DNA of 63,551 nucleotides, filler included, from Octopus bimaculoides (Eukaryota), in the NCBI RefSeq assembly GCF_001194135.2. It is 6 parts of 6 records of this genome, joined end to end, with 100 filler letters (N's around TTAATTAATTAA, not from the genome) between each part and the next. Parts side by side here need not be neighbours in the genome. Positions count along the whole stretch, not along the records: positions 1 to 14,293 come from NC_068991.1; 5 more parts are not named here. One strand, given 5' to 3'. The position numbers and the translations under genes are program-made. Below, in pieces: positions 1 through 12,845 of the stretch (the first letter of the stretch is position 1; each line of letters starts with the position of its first letter). The notes under the pieces were generated by a model, which made no database searches, had not been told where the DNA came from, and saw only the letters and a list, made by a program, of their open reading frames with translations.

Positions 1-18
1 TATATATATATATATATG

Positions 19-1251
19 CAGGGTGTGTAAGACATTTGAGGACAGATTTACGTTTATAAATAACATATACAATAACATAACTTTATTTATCAAAAAATGC
101 TATGAGGATAAAAATAAACCTTTTGTATAACGTTATTCAATGAAGCCACTTTTAGTTTCAACAACTGCTTCTATATGAGATCTGAATCATCTACATGCTC
201 GAATCAAGTGGTCCTGGTTCATTTTGGACATTACTCTGACTATGACAGCTTTCAAAGAAGCTTTGGTGTTATGGGAATGTTCATTGACCTCTTTCTCAAG
301 AACGCTCCACATGTAATAGTCCAATGGATCGAGATCTGGGGAATTAGAAGGCCAAATGTTAGGGGTAATGTGATCATGAAAATTTTCAGCCATGCATTCC
401 TGTGTTACTAGAGCCATGTGTGATAGTGCAGTCTTACTAAAACACATGGCCTTCCATTGCATACACCGTCTATCCAGGGCTTAACAATTATTTCCAGGAC
501 CTCAATGTAGGCGGTAGAGTTAACTCTAAGGCCTTGTGGAAGGAAGTAAGGTGCCATCACATGTCCTTCCTTGCTGACAACCCCTAAAACCATGACAGTT
601 GCAGGAAATGTTGTACTTTAGAAGGGTCTGCACATAACCATCTGTCATTTATTCAGTTAACATTTTGATCTTGGCCGAAGTTTTTCTTGTTTGAGAAAAA
701 CCAAATTAAATCTTCTTCTGCTGGATATTTCAGTTTGTTTAAGAGCATTTTAGATCTGATATAGTGGTTTTCTTTTGCTTTTTCTGCCAAATTGACCTTT
801 CCTCATCATATAAGATTTATATCTGATGTCTTCGTGGACAACATGTCTGACTGTTCCTTCTGACACATGGAGATCTTTTGCAATTGACCTCATGGACTTT
901 CTGGGATTGTAATCAATGGTCTGTTGAACTTGCTGGATAAATTCAGGTGTTCTGATTATTTCAGAGCGTTCAGAATGCTTTTTATGCTTTGATACTGGTG
1001 ATACGTTTCCATCTTCAGTCTCTAGCTCCTTACAAACTCTGTAAACGAAAGATCTAGCAACTTTTAAAAATCGATATATTTTTAAATCGCTATGCTCATC
1101 CTTTATAACCACAATAACAGCATGCCTCTTCATTTCTTGAGTAAGCTGAGGGTCTGCCATTATTATTTTCTGAAACAAAGATTATAAAGAGTTAGCAAAA
1201 TGCAGCAATGACACAAAAAAAGTACGTCCCCAAAAATATATACACACCCTG
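19..1251 (-). mobile_element. Decayed near-full-length Tc1/mariner transposon, maT (DD37D)-type
   Basis: Minus-strand frameshifted transposase: N-terminal HTH region (ORF 750-1178), WFFSNKKNF (from SDEKNF), MVLGVVSKEGHVMAPYF, and WPSNSPDLDPLDYYMW. Restoring a 2-nt deletion gives 37 residues between the 2nd and 3rd Asp. Imperfect terminal inverted repeats start CAGGGTGTGTA (19 and, reversed, 1251) and are embedded in (TA)n. Confidence 0.9.
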
Positions 1252-1729
1252 TATATATATATTTACACACACACATATATATATATACGCATATATATTT
1301 ATACATACATACAAACATACATGCACGGTGCGCTTTGAGTGATTTACCATTAAAAGGTAAGTTGGAATGACACTAGGTTCAGCAATTAGATAGGTACATA
1401 CAAACATACATATATCTACCATGTGCAAACAGGCATGATGTCATTTGCGGCATAAAAGATCAGCTGCACTGCAGATGTGAACATCCTTTCCAAAATTAAC
1501 AACGAAAGTATGGACAATTGCTTTAAAATCTGCTCAATAATTATTGGTATATTTAGTTACGAGTAAATGTTTGACAATCTAGAAAAGTCAGGACTGTCAG
1601 ACAAAGAGTCCAGTTAATATGCTGCAACTAATAAAGGGGTATAGTAACACACAGAGTCGCACTGTGGGACCGAACCCAAAATCACGTGGTTGCAAAGCGA
1701 ACTTCTTAACAACACAGCCATGCCTAAAT

Positions 1730-1764
1730 CTATCTATCTATCTACCCATTTATCTACCTATCTA

Positions 1765-1807
<43 letters not shown>

Positions 1808-1830
1808 GCCTTCTGTCTGTCTGTCTGCCT

Positions 1831-1861
<31 letters not shown>

Positions 1862-1920
1862 ATCTGTTTCTCTGTCAATCCGTCTATCTATCTATCGATC
1901 TATCTATCTATCTATTTATC

Positions 1921-1983
<63 letters not shown>

Positions 1984-2172
1984 GCGTGTGCGTAAGTGTG
2001 TGTGTCTATATATATATGTGTGTGTATGTGTGTGTGTATGAGTGTGTGTGTGTGTGTGTGTGTGTGTAATTTTATATCTACACAATAAATAAAATACACA
2101 CACACACTCATACGCATATGCATATAACGTATGTATGTGCATGCGTGTGTGAATGTGTGTGTGTGTGTGTGC
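1730..2172. repeat. Compound microsatellite (TCTA/TCTG/TA/TG), representative of dozens of such tracts
   Basis: Directly visible; similar tracts at about 3860-4070, 6210-6720, 14394-14640, 22540-22900, 27200-27460, 38640-38950 and 56700-57370. Confidence 0.95.
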
Positions 2173-2693
2173 GGGTGTGTCACTAAATTTTTGAAGGTTA
2201 TCATTTATCTGTATATATATGTTCGATGTACTAGTGTGCATTTGTGCATGCTCATAATTGTGCTTTATTTTAAGATGAAAGGACTATGAGGCATTGGGTG
2301 TCGTATTGCCGTGAGAATGTGAACTAAAATGCTTTTTATATACAGAAGTGTTTCGGTGTGAGTTTGTATATGTGTGCCCTAGTGGTTAGGCTGTTGTACT
2401 CACGATCGCCGGATCGTGGGTTCGATTACTTTGTAAGTATATTTTTGCTGCCATAAGTAATTTGATGAAAATGAATATATAATATTTAATTATAATTTTC
2501 GTTTGCGTATAATATTTATTGATATTACGCATGGTGAATAAAAATATATCAATATTATTGAAGCAGTTGTAGTCACATATTCATTTGGAGCAGTTTGCTG
2601 ATGCAAAAGAAACAGCAAAAATGTACTCAGCTAACAAACAACTTACTTAAAAATCATCTTACGGAAATACTCTTAACAATAAATATTGACTTC

Positions 2694-2905
2694 AAGGCGG
2701 CGAGCTGGCAGAATCGGTAGCACGCCGGGCGAAATGCTTAGCGGGTATTTCGTCTGTCATTACGTTCTGAGTTCAAATTCCACCGAGGTAGACTTTGCCT
2801 TCCGGGGTCGATAAATAAAATACCAGTTGCCTACTGGGGTCGATTTAATCGACTGCCCCCCCTCCCCAAAGCTTTCGGGCCTTGTCCCAAGAGTAAAAAA
2901 GAATA
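2694..2905 (+). mobile_element. tRNA-headed SINE, family A
   Basis: Head ggcggcgagctggcagaatc.gtagcacg..gagttcaaattcc (A/B-box-like), body gactttgcc..ggggtcgataaa..agtaccagtt..ctggggtcgat, repeated more than 15 times in the window. Confidence 0.85.
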
Positions 2906-2914
2906 AATACTGAC

Positions 2915-3125
2915 TTCAAATTTTGGGTACAAGGCCGGCAATTTCGGGGCAGAGAACAAGTTGATTGCGCTGATTCCAATGTTCAACTGAGACTTATTCA
3001 ATCGACTCTGAAAAGATAAAAAGGAAAGTCGACCTCGGCAGAATCTGAACCCAGAACGTAAAAGACAAGCTAAATGCAGATGAGACTTTTTGCCCAAAGT
3101 GCTAACAATTCTGCCAGCTCGCTGT
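2915..3125 (-). mobile_element. SINE family A, antisense, tail-to-tail with the previous copy
   Basis: Reverse complement of the family A consensus, ending ctgccagctcgc. Confidence 0.8.
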
Positions 3126-3996
3126 CTCTTTTCGTTTCCCTAAATTATAAACTATTGCAGAGACGTTTTCAGTCACAACCAGCTCTTGCGTCTTTTGCTC
3201 CTCCTTCTCCTCGTTCTCACCTCCTCCCCCGACTACAATGATAGATTTTAAAAAAACCATGAACAGTGTGTGTGTGTGAATGCGAATTTCGGGTTAGTTA
3301 AAATATGTTTGCAACGTATTTCAACTTCTGCAGTTACCATGGGCAAAAATAATTCTCTCTTACGGTAAGAGATGGAAAGACATCATATCCGTCCGCTGCT
3401 GCCCACTGTCGGATTCCCAAATATGGGCAGGTATGGTGTTTTTACATATTACCATAAGAGAACATTTTTATCTCCAAGGTAACTGCAGTGAATTTGCCTT
3501 TAGAAGTTACTCTTTTACTTGTTTCAATCATTTGACTGAGGCCATGCTGGAGCACCCAGGACTTATTCTTTGTAAGCCTAGTACGTATTCTATCGGTCTC
3601 TTTTGCCGAACTGCTAGTTTACGGGGACGTAAACGCAGCAGCATCGGTTGTCAAGCGATGTTGAGGGGGGACAAACACAGACACACAAACATATACACAC
3701 ACATACATCAGTTTCCGTCTACCAAATCCATTCACAAGGCTTTGGTCGACCCTAAGCTATAGTAGAAGACATTTTCCCAAGGTGCCACGCAATGGGATTG
3801 AACCCGGTATCATCTGCTTGGTAAGCATGCTACTTACCACACAGCCACTCCTGCGCCTATGTATGTAAATATATGTATACATATGTGCATACATACAATC
3901 ATACATGCATGCATGCATACATACATACATACATACATACATACGTACGTACATACATACATACATACATAGCCATACGTATGATTAAATGAGCAT

Positions 3997-4071
<75 letters not shown>

Positions 4072-4498
4072 ATACTTGGGTGTAACCGGGTAGACATAAT
4101 TTTTCTGCTCTTCTTGAATTTAAGTTTGTTATTGTGTAGGTGTGTGAAATTGTTATATATTTCTCTATATAAAAAATTATATATACGCATAATTTGAGAA
4201 CGTGTGTATGTGAAGCGAGACCAACTTTCTTAAATGCTCAATAATACCACGCTCTATTTAGGACAAGTTGGGCGTTAAGTTGCAGTCAAATGACGCTGCC
4301 TGAATATTAGAACCACTACTGCAACAATTCGTGCAACAAATACAATGAAGACGATACAGCCAGACCCATAGGCAACACACCTATAAATAATAGGTAGGTG
4401 AGGGTATTTAGTGCTACCGTGATAAAATATCACGAGTGCCTCGACAAATAACCGTCAATGAATAGGTGACGTAATGTAAGTGAGCATGCACGTATATA

Positions 4499-4550
<52 letters not shown>

Positions 4551-5510
4551 NNNNNNNNNNNNNNNNNNNNNNNNNNNNNNNNNNNNNNNNNNNNNNNNNN
4601 NNNNNNNNNNNNNNNNNNNNNNNNNNNNNNNNNNNNNNNNNNNNNNNNNNNNNNNNNNNNNNNNNNNNNNNNNNNNNNNNNNNNNNNNNNNNNNNNNNNN
4701 NNNNNNNNNNNNNNNNNNNNNNNNNNNNNNNNNNNNNNNNNNNNNNNNNNNNNNNNNNNNNNNNNNNNNNNNNNNNNNNNNNNNNNNNNNNNNNNNNNNN
4801 NNNNNNNNNNNNNNNNNNNNNNNNNNNNNNNNNNNNNNNNNNNNNNNNNNNNNNNNNNNNNNNNNNNNNNNNNNNNNNNNNNNNNNNNNNNNNNNNNNNN
4901 NNNNNNNNNNNNNNNNNNNNNNNNNNNNNNNNNNNNNNNNNNNNNNNNNNNNNNNNNNNNNNNNNNNNNNNNNNNNNNNNNNNNNNNNNNNNNNNNNNNN
5001 NNNNNNNNNNNNNNNNNNNNNNNNNNNNNNNNNNNNNNNNNNNNNNNNNNNNNNNNNNNNNNNNNNNNNNNNNNNNNNNNNNNNNNNNNNNNNNNNNNNN
5101 NNNNNNNNNNNNNNNNNNNNNNNNNNNNNNNNNNNNNNNNNNNNNNNNNNNNNNNNNNNNNNNNNNNNNNNNNNNNNNNNNNNNNNNNNNNNNNNNNNNN
5201 NNNNNNNNNNNNNNNNNNNNNNNNNNNNNNNNNNNNNNNNNNNNNNNNNNNNNNNNNNNNNNNNNNNNNNNNNNNNNNNNNNNNNNNNNNNNNNNNNNNN
5301 NNNNNNNNNNNNNNNNNNNNNNNNNNNNNNNNNNNNNNNNNNNNNNNNNNNNNNNNNNNNNNNNNNNNNNNNNNNNNNNNNNNNNNNNNNNNNNNNNNNN
5401 NNNNNNNNNNNNNNNNNNNNNNNNNNNNNNNNNNNNNNNNNNNNNNNNNNNNNNNNNNNNNNNNNNNNNNNNNNNNNNNNNNNNNNNNNNNNNNNNNNNN
5501 NNNNNNNNNN

Positions 5511-5542
<32 letters not shown>

Positions 5543-5712
5543 CGTTGTATTTCTGTGTCTGTGTTTGTCCCTCCACCATCGCTTGACAACCGATGCTAGT
5601 GTGTTTACGTCCCCGTAACTTAGCGGTTCGGCAAAATAGACCGATACAATAAGTATTGGGCTTACAAAGAATAAGTCCTGGGGGTCGATGTGTTCGACTA
5701 AAAGGCGGTGCT

Positions 5713-5776
5713 GATTTAGCAAATAATGCAGCAATGACCTAAAAAAGGTACGTCCTGAAATACCTTACGCACCCTG
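5713..5776 (-). mobile_element. Solo terminal fragment of the same maT family, abutting a truncated family B SINE tail
   Basis: ttagcaaataatgcagcaatgacctaaaaaaggtacgtcc...caccctg aligns with 1193-1251 (ttagcaaaatgcagcaatgacacaaaaaaagtacgtcc...caccctg). Confidence 0.75.
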
Positions 5777-5783
5777 CATTTAG

Positions 5784-5825
<42 letters not shown>

Positions 5826-6534
5826 CTATGTCTCTATGTGTCTTTGTATCTATGTATATACATGTATTTATATCACTCATGAACTACCAAAAATGCCAAC
5901 TATTTCACCCTTGGTCTACCTGTTTTGTGTAAATCTATTTTCCTAACATCGTGAGTTTGTCGCTAAACCTACTTATATCTCCTTGTGTCCAAACCTAACC
6001 ACCTCTCTATCTCTCTCTCTATCTATCTATCTATCTATCTCACTCTCCCTTTCCCTCCCTTCCTCTGGCGTCTCTCTAGTATATGTCAATACATGAAGTA
6101 AAGTCATACGAATGTCACAAGGTGTTTCTTACCTGTGCAGGTTATATAAGAAAACGGAATGAATCAGCATTTTTTTCACTCCAACATGTGTGGGTGTGAA
6201 TATCGAAGAGGGCGAGTGTAGATATACATACATAAATACATACATACATACATACATACATACATACATACATACATACATACATACATGCGTGTATGTA
6301 TGTATGTATGTATGTATTATGCATGTATGTGTGTATGTGTGTGTATATATATATATATATGTATATACATGTATGTATGTATGCATGTATGCATATGTAC
6401 TTAAAATCGCCCTCCTCAATATTCATATATGTGTATATATATGTATATGTATGCTTGTGTGTATATTATGTATGTGTGTTTATATATATAGAGAGAGAGA
6501 GAAAGAAGATAGATAGATAGATAGATAGATAGAA

Positions 6535-6581
<47 letters not shown>

Positions 6582-6678
6582 TAGATAGATAGAGAGATAG
6601 ATATTCCTCCTTGAATGTAAGCACGTGACAATGACTAGTGTATATGTGTGAGAGAGTCTATATATAAACATACATATA

Positions 6679-6725
<47 letters not shown>

Positions 6726-6735
6726 NNNNNNNNNN

Positions 6736-6895
6736 AGGTGATGTAAATAACAAAAGTATATATTAGTATGACGCTCGGGAATACGGAAAGTCTTTGACGT
6801 TTCGAGCTACGCTCTTCAACAGAAAGAATACGGAGACAAGGAGAAAAACACGGAGAAAAAAAATTGAATAGTGTTCAGTCAACGGTCAATCATAA
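6736..6895 (-). mobile_element. Penelope-like element terminal fragment containing a minimal hammerhead motif (6791-6827)
   Basis: Minus strand UCUUU CUGUUGA A GAGC gua GCUC GAAA CGUC AAAGA: helix I, helix II and palindromic ACGU. Confidence 0.65.
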
Positions 6896-6919
6896 TATAT
6901 ATATATATATATATGCGTG

Positions 6920-6961
<42 letters not shown>

Positions 6962-7539
6962 TCTACATAAACATACATATATATATATACTTACACGCGC
7001 ACACGCACCCATACACTCGCGCGCGCGCGCCCAATGGTAAGCTGACAAAAAAAGAACTAGTGGTTCGCCTAACTTCTAAGAATTTACTACTTTGTTCGTT
7101 GAACGAGAGATTTACTTTATTCTATGCAGTGTGTTCTGCATAAAAGATTCCAGTTTCTGCCACAAGATATATATTTACTAAACTATCTCTTCAATAATAT
7201 ATTAAAATAAGTTAGAATCTGTAACTCAAAGAAACTATTATTTGCAGCAGAAGCTTTTCAAAACAGCTACGTGTTTTACGTCACCGATATTCACACGACT
7301 GAAGTATGGAAACAGCGTGTCAATATATATATATAAGCAAATGTATTGGCAAACATCGACATTAATCAATAGAACAGGAATTCATTTTGAATAAATCTTG
7401 GCTTCTTTTTAACAAATTTGTTTATTTATATAATATGAAGGATACGAAAAAGCAAAAAGTGCTTCTGCACGTGACTACCTGATAATATCCTTTGTTCTGA
7501 GCAGTACAACGTATAGATGAATGTATGAGGCATTTACTC

Positions 7540-7738
7540 TAATACTTGTTTCAGTCATTTGACTGCGGCCATGCTGGAGCACTGCCTTTAGTCGAGCAAA
7601 TCGACCCCAGGAAATATTCTTTACAAGCCTAGTACTTATTCTATCGGTCTCTTTTGCCGAACCGCTAAGTTATGGGGACGTAAACACACCACCATCGGTT
7701 GTCAAGTGATGTTGGGGGGGGGGACAAACACACACACA

Positions 7739-7792
<54 letters not shown>

Positions 7793-7968
7793 CATACACA
7801 TATATATACGACGGGCTTCTTTCAGTTTCCGTCTACCAAATCCACTCACAAGGCTTTGGTCGGCCCGAGGCTATAGTAGAAGACACTTGCCCGAGGTGCC
7901 ACGCAGTGAGACTGAACCCAGAGCTATGTAGTTGGTAACCAAGCTACTTACCACACAACCACTCCTGC
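7540..7968 (-). mobile_element. Full-length SINE family B, antisense; other copies at about 3500-3860, 21826-22205, 5510-5712, 37678-37845 and 39845-40075
   Basis: Reverse complement of 31343-31762 with an expanded internal (CA)/(TA) tract. Confidence 0.85.
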
Positions 7969-8743
7969 ATTTCTTAAGTTTTATTAATTTTTGTTTTATT
8001 GGCTACCAATCAAATCTCTACCTATAGCTAATTAATCAACTTTCAACGCAGTTTCACGTTTTTTTTTTATTATATTTTTTGTTATTATATTTTATTTTTT
8101 TTAAAGATAGGAGCCATTGTGATTTTCCACATTGTTTGAATAATTGGAATAACATATTTTACCCTCTGAAATTATATATGCACGCCATAGTATACATTAT
8201 GTAATATATTTCCTGTTTCAAATTCAGACATTCACCTAACTTTATATACACTAATACATGCATACACACATTTCCAAATGTATGTGTGTGTGTGTATATA
8301 TATATAGAGGCTAGCGGTCTATCATGGCGAATTATATATATATATATAGCATATAGGAGTCCACTTTTGCTGGTCATTCCTCTTATTTTTGTATGTATTA
8401 TATATATATATATATATATAGTTTTAGGGAAAATAACCAATTTTCAAGAACTCATCGATGAAAATCCACTATCACATATAGAAAAATTAATAATTAAAAG
8501 CACAATAAATGAGTATNNNNNNNNNNTATATATATATACATACATACACACATGCACACATGCACGCACACACACACACATATTTTACTATTGTATACTC
8601 ATCTGTCTTATTGTATATTGTGTATTCTTTCTGTACATTGATATATATGTTTTTCTCTCATTTCATTATATGTAAACCTTCACACTTGATATCTATCTTT
8701 GTATTGTACTCCTCATCCTTCGCCCTGACGGCAAGTAAAAGAA

Positions 8744-9590
8744 ATTATTATTATTATTATCATCATCATTATCATCATCATCATCATCATCATTATTATT
8801 ATTGTTATATGAAAACTTACAGCTTATTTTGCTGGGTATGATGGAAAGTTTCAGCTTGGTACAGCCAGCAGGCTAAAGTGAGACTTTGTTTACTGGTCAT
8901 GCTTCAAGAACCTTGCGAAGAATTCTTACAGTTCCAAGCAACGCTGATTTTTGTAGGTGCTCTACCTTCACACTTGCACCGATCTTTTTCAGCCATGTTG
9001 GTAGTCGAGTGATGATACTTCCAAGTGCACCAATCACTATTGGTATCACGTCTACTCTCTCCATTGATCACAACCTTCGTATTTCCCACTTCAAATCGTC
9101 ATAGTTGTTTATTTTTGTCTTCTTCTTTCACATTGATCTTGTTGTCACCGGGGCATGCTATGTCGATTATCATAAATGTCCTTTCTTTTCTATTCACCAC
9201 AACAACGTCCGATTTCCGATGTTTGGTCGGGTGGTCGCACTGGATCATTGCATCCCAAGGATTTTGCAATTTTCATTTTCGGTGACTCCTTCTAGAGTTT
9301 GTTCATATCACGTCTTTGCACAGAGCCTTCAATGGATCATTCTTGCCTTATTGTCATAGCGTCATAGCATCGGGCTTTCGCTAACGATGTGCCATACCGT
9401 TTCACTCCTTTCACCATACATTCTGCGTTTGTCGCTGTCGGTAGTGTTGGTTCTTAACGCTTTTATAGTTAGTCCTTAACACTTATTCCAGTGCTTCTGT
9501 CTCTATCTTCAGGTCACTCCTCCTCATCCATAGCCACCGGTCCTCTGTATCTGTCTTAGCGTTCCCAACTCTTCCAAACTGACCGCATAT
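8744..9590 (-). mobile_element. 3' fragment of RLE-type non-LTR retrotransposon (R4/Dong-like) with (AAT/GAT)n tail
   Basis: Minus-strand pieces GQFGR..WLWMRRSDLKIETEAL, CRMYGERSETVWHIVSES (decayed CCHC knuckle) and terminal LQKSALLGTVRILRKVLEA*, then a short 3' UTR and a trinucleotide tail at 8744-8805. Confidence 0.85.
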
Positions 9591-9713
9591 ATTTTTTTCC
9601 TTCCATGCTTTATTAATTAATTAACATATCCACCTACAATTATCTCATTTCACAGCTAAAATTAAAACGGCAAACATATAAATACATAATCTTGCATTTT
9701 AAAATACATTGTA

Positions 9714-9863
9714 TGGAAAATCATCAGGGAGTACAAAGAACAATAAGGATTACATTAGGATACGCTTGGAATACTCAGAATATATGATTATATAATCTGA
9801 GTATTCCAACGGATCATAATGTAATCCTTGTATTGGACTTTTGTACACCCTGATGATTTTCCA
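9714..9863. repeat. 150-bp imperfect palindrome (foldback or MITE-like)
   Basis: tggaaaatcatcaggg/ccctgatgattttcca, aggattacatta/taatgtaatcct and ttggaatactcaga/tctgagtattccaa are mutually reverse-complementary. Confidence 0.85.
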
Positions 9864-10344
9864 GCCAAACTTAAAAATAATAATATTTGATATTTCATGT
9901 CATTTTATATAACATTCATTGAAGAAATATCTCTTCAAAATACAATATATTAAAGCAGTGTATCTTGGATAGAAATATCCCTATAAGAGGTCTAAATAAC
10001 CACATTATGACTAATATATATNNNNNNNNNNNNNNNNNNNNNNNNNNNNNNNNNNNNNNNNNNNNNNNNNNNNNATATATATATATATATAAAGGTTAGT
10101 AGAGTTAGAGGCTGGAATAACTGTCTAAGGGATAAAAGTATCCATTATACTACCGGAATAATTACTTTTGTTAACCTTGGCCATACATATGCAAGCATAC
10201 TATGCTTAGAGATTACAGGTAATGACAAAGATAAACATGAGTTTATCAGGAATCAAATATAAAGTAAACAGAAAATGGAGAAATATTGATCAACAACAAT
10301 TGACTTACATCAATTATTATTTTTTAATCCAGTACAAATATACT

Positions 10345-10810
10345 GCATCCCATCTGACAGCTGTTTCTGCTTCCAATGTTATATGGTGTTGCCATTAAAG
10401 ATAGATGGCATGACAGGTCCTAACTATTTGGGTCGACTAGAAAAGTTCAAGCTTTATTCCTCCAACGCCACCGTGAACGCTACATCATCTGCGTGATGTG
10501 GAAAATATTCCATCAGCATTGCCCAAATGATGTTGGCATCGCCTTTAAGATACACCTAAGACTTGGACCCCGTGCTATCCGCCCACAACATAAATAATAC
10601 TCGCCTCACATAACAGCAATACGGCACAATTATTCCACTTCAATTGGTCCCACTCTCTTTGATATTACACCAAAGCACATAAAAGCAAAAACAGACCCCA
10701 CAAAATCCAAGAAGTCTTTGGACAAATTCTTTCACAGAATCCCAGATAAACCTCCATCACACCCGGATATGTCTCCGTAAACAACAACTCTCTCCTCGAG
10801 TGAGCCATGT
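10345..10810 (+). mobile_element. CR1/L2-group LINE ORF2 3' fragment
   Basis: Frameshifted translation: NYLGRLEKFKLY, LQRHRERYIICVMWKIFH..PNDVGIAFKIHLRLG, SLDKFFHRIPDKP. Matches the typical YxxRLxxLxLYSLQRRRERY C-terminus. Confidence 0.75.
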
Positions 10811-11426
10811 TGTCCGATTCCTGATTTGAATGACTTTGCCAGGTGGTGCTATTAAATTAGACAAGGCTTCGGCCCATACTGGCCGAAACCTATCAAAGTA
10901 TCAAAATATATATATATATATATCTTGTCTTTTCCTTGTATCGATCAATAGACGGCGGCCATAATGGGACAGCACTTCGAAAATTTGTTAGTCGAAGGAA
11001 TCGACCTCGGTGCTTAATTCTTTGAAGTCTACTACTTATTCCATATACATATACATATACATACACACACACATAATACATACATATATGTACGTATATA
11101 TNNNNNNNNNNNNNNNNNNNNNNNNNNNNNNNNNNNNNNNNNNNNNNNNNNNNNNNNNNNNNNNNNNNNNNNNNNNNNNNNNNNNNNNNNNNNNNNNNNN
11201 NNNNNNNNNNNNNNNNNNNNNNNNNNNNNNNNNNNNNNNNNNNNNNNNNNNNNNNNNNNNNNNNNNNNNNNNNNNNNNNNNNNNNNNNNNNNNNNNNNNN
11301 NNNNNNNNNNNNNNNNNNNNNNNNNNNNNNNNNNNNNNNNNNNNNNNNNNNNNNNNNNNNNNNNNNNNNNNNNNNNNNNNNNNNNNNNNNNNNNNNNNNN
11401 NNNNNNNNNNNNNNNNNNNNNNNNNN

Positions 11427-11468
<42 letters not shown>

Positions 11469-11894
11469 TATATATACACGTAAGTACATATATATTTATA
11501 TACATACATACATGTATATATACAACACACACACTCATACATGTATGTATGTAAGTATGCACAGCTACGCGCATGCGCGCCACGCACACAATCTCTTTGA
11601 CCGTGACTATCAAAACCATGGCTAAGATAAAGGGACAATTAGACTTAAGTGGAAAAAGAAGCTGAAAGGATCCAGTTCTCTTATCTTAAAAAATAAGGTG
11701 CTTTGCGAGTAATGTTGGAATCTCTTGGGTATGATCGCGTGCCATGACCGGTCGTAGGAAGATACACAGCCTCTAAGATATAATCCATATGGAGGAGATT
11801 TTGAATTGAGATAAGCCAGAGACTGGTTGGTTGGCAATGGGCAATGAAGAATTCTGATTTATTCTTTTTGTTATATTGTTGTTATTCTACCACT

Positions 11895-12185
11895 GCAAAC
11901 CGTTAGAATCGCTTGAACCCGAAGAAAATGTTTAGCGGCATTTCTTCCGGTTTTATATTCTGACTTGAACTGCTACCGAGGCCGACTTTGCCATCCATCT
12001 TTTCGAGGTCGATAAAATAAGTACCAGTTGAGCACGGAATTCGACTTACCCCCGCTTTGCTGAACTTACTGGGATTGTGCCAAAATTTGAAACTATTACT
12101 ATTATTGCTATCCAGTAGTCTTATTTTTTAACACGTGCTTTCACTGCGCTACCGAGCGCAGCTCTATGTGCCTTGAGCATGTGGT

Positions 12186-12258
<73 letters not shown>

Positions 12259-12469
12259 CATTATTTTTATAAGGGTGGCGTGCTGGCAGAATCGCTAGCG
12301 TGCTGGCAGAACCGTTAGCGTTACGTTCTGAGGTCAAATTTTGCTGAGGTCGACTTTGCCTTTCATGCTTTCAGGGTCGATAAACTAAGTACCAGTCAAG
12401 TACTGAAGTCGATGTAATCGACTATTCCCCTCGTCACAAAATCCAGGCCTTATACCTATAGTAGAAAGG

Positions 12470-12528
<59 letters not shown>

Positions 12529-12845
12529 GGCGGCGAGCTTGCATGGTCGTTAGCACGCCGAGCNNNNNNNNNNCACCCCGCCACAAAAATTGCTGCCCTT
12601 GTGACAAAATTTGAAACCATTGTTATTATTATTAAGACTGTGAGTTTGCACAGTGGTTAGCACGCCGGGAGAAATACTCAGCGACATTTCGTCCGTCTTT
12701 ACGTTTCGAGTTCAAATTCTGCTTGACTTTTGCCTATCATCCTTTCGGGGCCGATAAAATAAATACCAGTTGAGCACCAGGGGTCGATGTAATCGACTTA
12801 CCCTCTGTTCTGAAATTGCTGACCTTGTGCAAAAATTTGAAATTT
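11895..12845 (+). mobile_element. Cluster of four to five head-to-tail family A SINEs separated by (ATT)n
   Basis: Copies at about 11895-12095, 12272-12475, 12527-12620 (gapped) and 12633-12845. Confidence 0.8.
12108..12190 (-). mobile_element. Very short 3'-UTR fragment of the same Dong-like subfamily
   Basis: cagtagt..acgtgctttcact..ctaccgagcgcagctct.tgtgccttg matches 28121-28185 and is flanked by (ATT)n. Confidence 0.7.

Noticed and set aside
4414-5734. Long ORFs of 300-430 aa in the ORF track (also near 22827, 35834, 54282 and 55772)
   Set aside because: They are open only because they run through N gaps and dinucleotide repeats.
12272-12530. Idea that the Dong-like LINE mobilises SINE family A
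   Set aside because: The SINE sense tail is (ATT)n, the LINE sense tail is (AAT)n, and no 3' sequence similarity is visible.
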